A stretch of 64,000 bases of DNA, taken from the NCBI GenBank assembly GCA_013239625.1, contig MU054391.1:7411095-7475094 (forward strand). The letters run 5' to 3'. Positions within the stretch are counted from its first letter, which is position 1, and every line of letters begins with the position of its first letter. Below are positions 58,560 to 64,000 of the stretch, in pieces. The notes below the pieces were generated by a model, which was not told the origin of the DNA, made no database searches, and was given only the letters and a program-made list of their open reading frames with translations. A program made the position numbers and the translations under genes. Source of the DNA: Lama guanicoe. Its lineage: Eukaryota.

Positions 58560-59074
58560 TTTATCTGTTATTTATAGAATAAAGTTTTGATATATATGGT
58601 TAGCATCTCAATTCAAGTGATATTTAATGAATCGCCTAGATAGTTTATTTCATGGAATATGTTTATGCTAAGGTGTGCATTCCTCTTTATTTCTGTTTTG
58701 GGAATACCATACATAAAACCCAAACTTTATTATTGAGTGAATTGAAGATTTTTAGATAATAGTGCACTATAAACCTTATCTAGTGGGTACTGTGTGTGGG
58801 GCGTTCAGGTGTACAGATTCCTTGGATTCCAGGGTGATTGCCAAGAGTTGTTTTAGGTTAAGGAGTCCCTCTGAGTGTCAGCTCTTTCTGTCTGAAGTAC
58901 TGGGTCCTTCCCCTCATATTTATTTAGATAGAATGTTTGTACTTCTGGCTTTCTCATGAACCACAGGGCATGCAGTAGTTATTATCAGCACAATCTCTTC
59001 TTCATCTGGGCATAAAACTCCTCCACTCTCTCCATGAAGCAAGGAAACTTAATACTTCCTATAGATGGTGGCCG

Positions 59075-59225
59075 TATTGTGTCTGTCTCCTAATATATCC
59101 TGTCATGGCCCATTTTGCTAGAATGTTAGCTCCTTGGAGGCAGTAATTCTATTTGTCTTATTTACTGTAGTTTCCCTAATTCATAGAAAAGTGTGTGGCA
59201 TGAACAAAATACATTTTCTTAATAA
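59075..59225 (+). mobile_element. L2 3' end
   Basis: ctagaatgttagctccttggaggcag..ttgtcttatttactgtag..agtgtgtggcat. Confidence 0.7.
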
Positions 59226-60039
59226 CTTATCCAGAGTTATTTCCTATAATTTGGGTTTTACCAGAGCCCATCTGCCGTCTTAGCTCTCCAACCTTGCTCC
59301 TTTCTATATTAAATCTCTGTGTATCACTTAACATTTGATATGGAAATTTATGTAGTTATTTATTTATAAATAAATATTGTTATTTATGTTATACTTGGAT
59401 TTGTCCAACTGGATACAGTCACCATTAATTGTAAAGGGTCATCAAAGCCAAGCAACCCAGTCTCACTATTGATAACACGCTGGAAGTGTGACTAGACCTG
59501 CACACATCTGGTTGCTGCTGACTTGAGATAAATTGGCTGAAACAATAACGCCTGAATAACAAACACAACTGCATTCATATTTTACCAACTTGTGGGCTGA
59601 TGGACAGTCATGGGCCATAAGCTTTGAGAATTTTTCCAAGATGCTTTCAGAAAAGGGTAAGAAAAGCTTTTTCATTTTACTTATATCATTAGATATAAGG
59701 GGATATAATTATTCCATTACAGTCATAATGCATTGATAGAGGACTTTGTTTAAAAAAAAATCCTCCAATATTGTTATGACCTCCCACTGTGTGCCTTGGT
59801 TTTTATATCTGATTGTTTCCCTTGCTCACAGCATTGAAATTATCTTGACATTTCTAATAGCATCCAGGCCTTAATCTTATTTAGACCCAATCAGATGGTT
59901 CTCCTGACTAATACTTGCATTAGTTTTGTTCATTTTGCCTCTTTTAAGATTTTCTATACTCCATTAACTGAAATATCCTTTGCAGTTCATATCAGTCACC
60001 CAATTTTTTTATTATCTTCATCCAAACTCACTCCCTGAA

Positions 60040-60165
60040 TTAATTCAGTTCAATTTAATTTAATGAACTGATTCAGTGTATACCCACCATGTACTAGGCC
60101 ATTTGCTGGGCACTAAGGATATAGTGTAAAACAAAGCAGATAGAAGTTCTTCTTTTCATGCCAAA
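60040..60165 (-). mobile_element. L2 3' end
   Basis: acccaccatgtactaggcca..tgctgggcactaaggatatagtg..aacaaagcaga. Confidence 0.7.
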
Positions 60166-60302
60166 AAGAAGCTTCTCATAAGACCTAGGACCAAGTTCAA
60201 CATAACTACTTACCTACACAGCAAGATTATTGCCAGGATCAAATGGGTTTAAAAAGGAAACAACTGCATTAATAAAAGAAGTAGGAATAAAAAGTTTTTT
60301 CC

Positions 60303-60304
<2 letters not shown>

Positions 60305-60339
<35 letters not shown>
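60305..60339. repeat. (CA)17 microsatellite
   Basis: Direct reading. Confidence 0.95.
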
Positions 60340-60342
<3 letters not shown>

Positions 60343-60649
60343 CCTCAGGGGTCCCTTAACCCTCCTCCTATATCCTCCCCTGACTGTCACTGCTCTTCTC
60401 TATTCACACAGAAAATAGACTGTCCTGAGGGGGGTTAGTCTTCTAGGTCTAGCTCTTATAAAAAGAGGGGGTTGAAGATCAGTATATGTGTGGGGAAGGA
60501 GTGATCTCTGGGAGTGGGGCTGGAGTCTGGAGACTTCATGAAGTTATCCCTCACCAAGAGCTCCCATGATCAGTTTAGAAATTCAAGTTTGGGATAGACA
60601 AAGTGCCTTTTCTGGGAACCTGGCCCATAAGGGTAATCTTATGAGCTAC

Positions 60650-61260
60650 AGAAGATGCCAGAAGAGAAAGAAATATTATCTTCAAAAAGCTGAGGAAAGC
60701 AATGCCATCAACCTAGAATTTTATACCCTGCAAAAGTATTACTCAGTATTGAGAACAAAGCAATTATATTTCCATGCTTAAGAGGACTAGGAGATTTTTT
60801 TGCTGTTCATCTCCATTAAACACATTTCTAAACGATGTGCTTCAGGAGGATGAAAATGAAACAAGGCAGAGTTCAAAGTAACAACAGGGAGTGGATATAG
60901 GAATTAGTAAAATATGTCAGAAACTATTGGTTATAAAAGTAACTATTTTATATTCAAAAGTGTAAAATTAAAGTTCTAGGTAACAATGATAATTTAGTGG
61001 TGCTCAGTGGCCATTAAAACATGATAATTTTTATGTGTTCTGGAAAAAGACAAAAAACTCACATGCTTTATTTAGACTTTTAGAAAATGTATAAAAGTTG
61101 CATTTAAAAATTAAGAATAATAAGTATGAAACTAGAATTATGATTATAAAGTCCCAAACACTAGATGTGAAGAATATTTTTAAGACTCAAAATAAATTAG
61201 AGAATATAGAAATTATTACCAATGCAAAGTAAATTCAAAAAGGAGAAAATATATAAATGT
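60650..61260 (+). mobile_element. Old L1, ORF1 C-terminal remnant and downstream spacer
   Basis: DARRERNIIFKKLRK / HQPRILYPAKVLLSIE (cf. L1 ORF1p ARRQW..IFKVLKE..QPRILYPAKLSF). Confidence 0.75.
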
Positions 61261-61289
61261 TGGTTCACAGAAAACAGAGTGGTTAAAGA

Positions 61290-62090
61290 CAGTGGACAGC
61301 TTGGACCCCAGGTCTCTAAAGATGCCAGGATAAAGGTTAGATCTTTTCTAACTGATGAATACTGAGGCAGCAAAACAACAGTAGGGGCCAAAATTCTGCC
61401 ACATCATATTGCTGTTGGGTACCAGCCCCCTGATAATGCCAGGGAAGGGGCTGTTCTTTCCCAATAATGCAGCTTAAAAGCCCTACAACTCAAGAAGTGG
61501 AGGGCCTCTCCTTCTAGACTGGCACAGAGTCACAGTGGAGCTCCGTGTCCTGTCCAGAGTGCAATTGGAAGTGGGTGCCTGTGATGGTTAATTTTATATG
61601 TCAATATGGCTAAGCCACAGTGTCCAGATATATGATCAAACATTATTCTGGCTGTTTCTGTGACTGTGTTTTTAATGAAATTAATGTTGAAATTGGTGGA
61701 CTGTGAGTAAAGCAAATTGCCCTCCATAATATAGGTGGGCCTCATCTAATCAGTATGACGGCCTAAACAGAACAAAGACTAACGTCCCCCAAGCAGGAGA
61801 AAATTCTGCCAGCAGATGGCCATTGGACTTGAACTGCAACACTGCCTTTTTCCTGGGTTTTTGACCTGCTGGCCTATCCTGAAAATTTTAGACTTGACAA
61901 CCGCCTTAATCATGTGAGCCAATTCCTTAAATTAAATCTCTCTCTATACACATACTATTGGTTCTATTTCTTTGGAGAATCTTGACCAATATAGCATCCA
62001 AACCGCCTGCCCCTGCTCCGGTTTCCGTGAGTTTCCCCTAGTAAATGCTTTTCAATAAATTATGGTGGATTTGCCTCTCCTTGCTTAAAG
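61290..62090 (+). mobile_element. Probable ERV LTR (family unassigned) interrupted by MLT2
   Basis: TATA-like gcttaaaagccc before the MLT2; R/U5-like tail with aataaa near 62054 after it; sits between L1 ORF1 and ORF2 pieces. Confidence 0.4.
61580..61993 (+). mobile_element. MLT2 (ERVL) solo LTR
   Basis: tgtgatggttaattttatatgtcaa..gagtaaagcaaattgccctccataat..catgtgagccaattcctt..ggagaatcttgaccaatata. Confidence 0.93.
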
Positions 62091-62094
62091 ATAA

Positions 62095-62660
62095 GGAAAA
62101 TATAATTTATCAACACAAGTGGAGAGTGGTTCTTTGTACAAGCTAATAAAATGTGCATAACTTTAGCAACATTAAGAAAGCAGTGAGAAATGTCACTGAT
62201 GAACAATATTAAAAACCAAACAAAGGGCATAAAAATAGAAACACTGAAGACTTAAAATTTGTGAGAATATATTCTGAACAACTTTATGCCAGTAAATTTC
62301 AAGATTCAGATAAAGCTGATATTCTTTTAAAAGGAAATCATGCACATATTAAAAAAAGAGAAATCTGAAAAAAAAAGAGAAGAAATCTAAGTCTGTAACT
62401 GTTACTAAGTTAAATAGGTCATCAAAATTTTTTTGCCAAAAGATGCCAGGCTCTCATGGTTTTCAGGTGACTTTTACTAAACTTTCAGAGAATTGTGGTC
62501 TAAATAAAGTGATGCAGAGGATATAAAAAGAGAAGAGTTATCTAACTTATGTTATCAATCAATATGATGTCAGCACCAAAACAAGAAAAGAAAAATTTAT
62601 CACTTACAGAGACTTAAAGTGCTCAATTATTTATTAACAAGTCAGATCTGTTGTGTACAC
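62095..62660 (+). mobile_element. Old L1 ORF2 remnant
   Basis: gaacaactttatgccagtaaattt (EQLYASKF, cf. QLYANK) and ccaggctctcatggtttt..ttttactaaactttc (cf. PGPDGFT.EFYQTF). Confidence 0.75.
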
Positions 62661-63449
62661 CATAGCATTAGCTTTCCTGTCTTTCAGTTGTTGGTGGTCT
62701 ATTCATATCTCAGTAAAATGTGGTTATTTTTGATGGTGGGAGAGACAGGGACCCACATGATGAGGAAACAAATGCAGGAATTAACCATGAGATGGAAAAC
62801 CAGCATCTAACGTAGTCTTTGGTGGTCAAGACGAGGGTGATGGAGGCAACAGTGTTATTCAGGAAGATAAAGTACAAGGGTGTTCTGAGCCAAGGGAGCA
62901 GAAGGACACCGTGCGTCACTGCTAGTGGCTGGCTGTGACCGGAGTGGGGCTAGAGACGAACGTGGCAGCCAGACCGGGTCCGTCCAGGGATGTTCTCCTG
63001 CCTGGTGGGGCGCACCTTGGCCCAGAGTCCTGAGCTGGTTTTCTTACTGATGCTGCCTTTGCTGTCCTGAGTCGCTCTAACAGGAGCAGAGGCCACGCTG
63101 GTTGTTCCGTCTGCTAGGAAGGAGCATTTCCCCATAAGTGCAGAACAATTGTTCTGATTTGAGCTTCTCTCTGCCGACTCTGGGCCTTGCAGGTGGTGCG
63201 CCCGCAACACCTCTTCACTGACTGATGGGTGGCATGTTGGCGGAGATGTGGTCAGTTAATTACATCTGACACATGGTCCAACCGGCTAAGGGAGAAAACT
63301 GGGAACAGACTGAATGCAAAACGATGGATGCATTTGAAACGGAGAACAGGGGATGGAAGCAAACCAAGTCACATCTTTAAAGAAGTGATGAGCCAGTAGG
63401 AGGGCGTGGGGGCAGGGCCCGCTCTCCTAATCGGCGGCATCGTCCTGCA

Positions 63450-63665
63450 GAGCACAGAGCCCTGCGTCTGGATTTGGAGTCAGAGGCCCAGGCTCGAGCA
63501 TAACATGCTGTCAGGTGAACAAGTGCCCTTGAACCAGCTGCTGAAACTTCCTGAATGACAATTTCCTCATCTGAAAATGGAGAAAACACATACTTCCCAT
63601 GGTTGTTATAAGGACCACACAAAATATGGCCCATGAAAGGCAGTGCTTTAAAATCTGCAAGTTGT
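63450..63665 (+). mobile_element. MIR SINE
   Basis: ggatttggagtcagaggcccagg..aatttcctcatctgaaaatggagaaaac..ggttgttataagga. Confidence 0.75.
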
Positions 63666-64000
63666 TACTGCTGTTTAATTACCAAGCTTGCCTGGTTGGT
63701 CAAGAAAAGGCCAAGCACGTTGGAAAACAAAATCCGGATTGATTTAAAGCAACACAAAACAAAAACTGGTAGAAAACAGGAAATGATGTCAGGCGTAAAA
63801 CCTTGGCATCCTTTCCATGTTTAGAAGCATTTCCCATAAAGGCTTATATATAACTGAGTGACTGGAAAACCTCAGGAAAGTTCCATTTCCTCTCCTTCCT
63901 TGCTCAGCTCCACTCAGAGCTCAGGAATGGTTGCTCTGAGGCCCTGTGAGCACTCATCAGCCCCCTGGAAGGAGAACTGGCCATTATCCTTGAAGTTAAA

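Noticed and set aside
1..64000. Prokaryotic-type systems (CRISPR arrays, operons, defence islands), rRNA, snRNA or known miRNA genes
   Set aside because: The sequence is mammalian and repeat-rich; I saw no regularly spaced repeats and recognised no such RNA genes.

Overview
Mammalian genomic DNA, most likely camelid. This is inferred from a tRNA-Ala-derived SINE resembling camelid Vic-1 and from cetartiodactyl-type L1 3' ends. I found no protein-coding exon, functional RNA gene or CRISPR array that I can support. The ORF track is noise apart from fossil transposon coding remnants (L2 endonuclease/RT, L1 ORF1/ORF2, a hAT-Charlie transposase). The window is non-coding (intronic or intergenic) and dense in old interspersed repeats (MIR, L2, L3, HAL1, MER5/46/58, MaLR/ERVL LTRs), with about eight short younger L1 3' ends and several microsatellites. 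Repeat-free islands carry candidate regulatory motifs (CTCF, ETS, AP-1/CRE, octamer) and + strand splice-like signals. The most interesting signals are small-scale: a recurrent L1 5' endpoint, template-switch signatures, a candidate recursive splice site, a candidate UG-repeat-flanked cryptic microexon and an unusually long nested L2. Repeat family names come from recalled consensus sequences, not database searches, and boundaries of old repeats are approximate.
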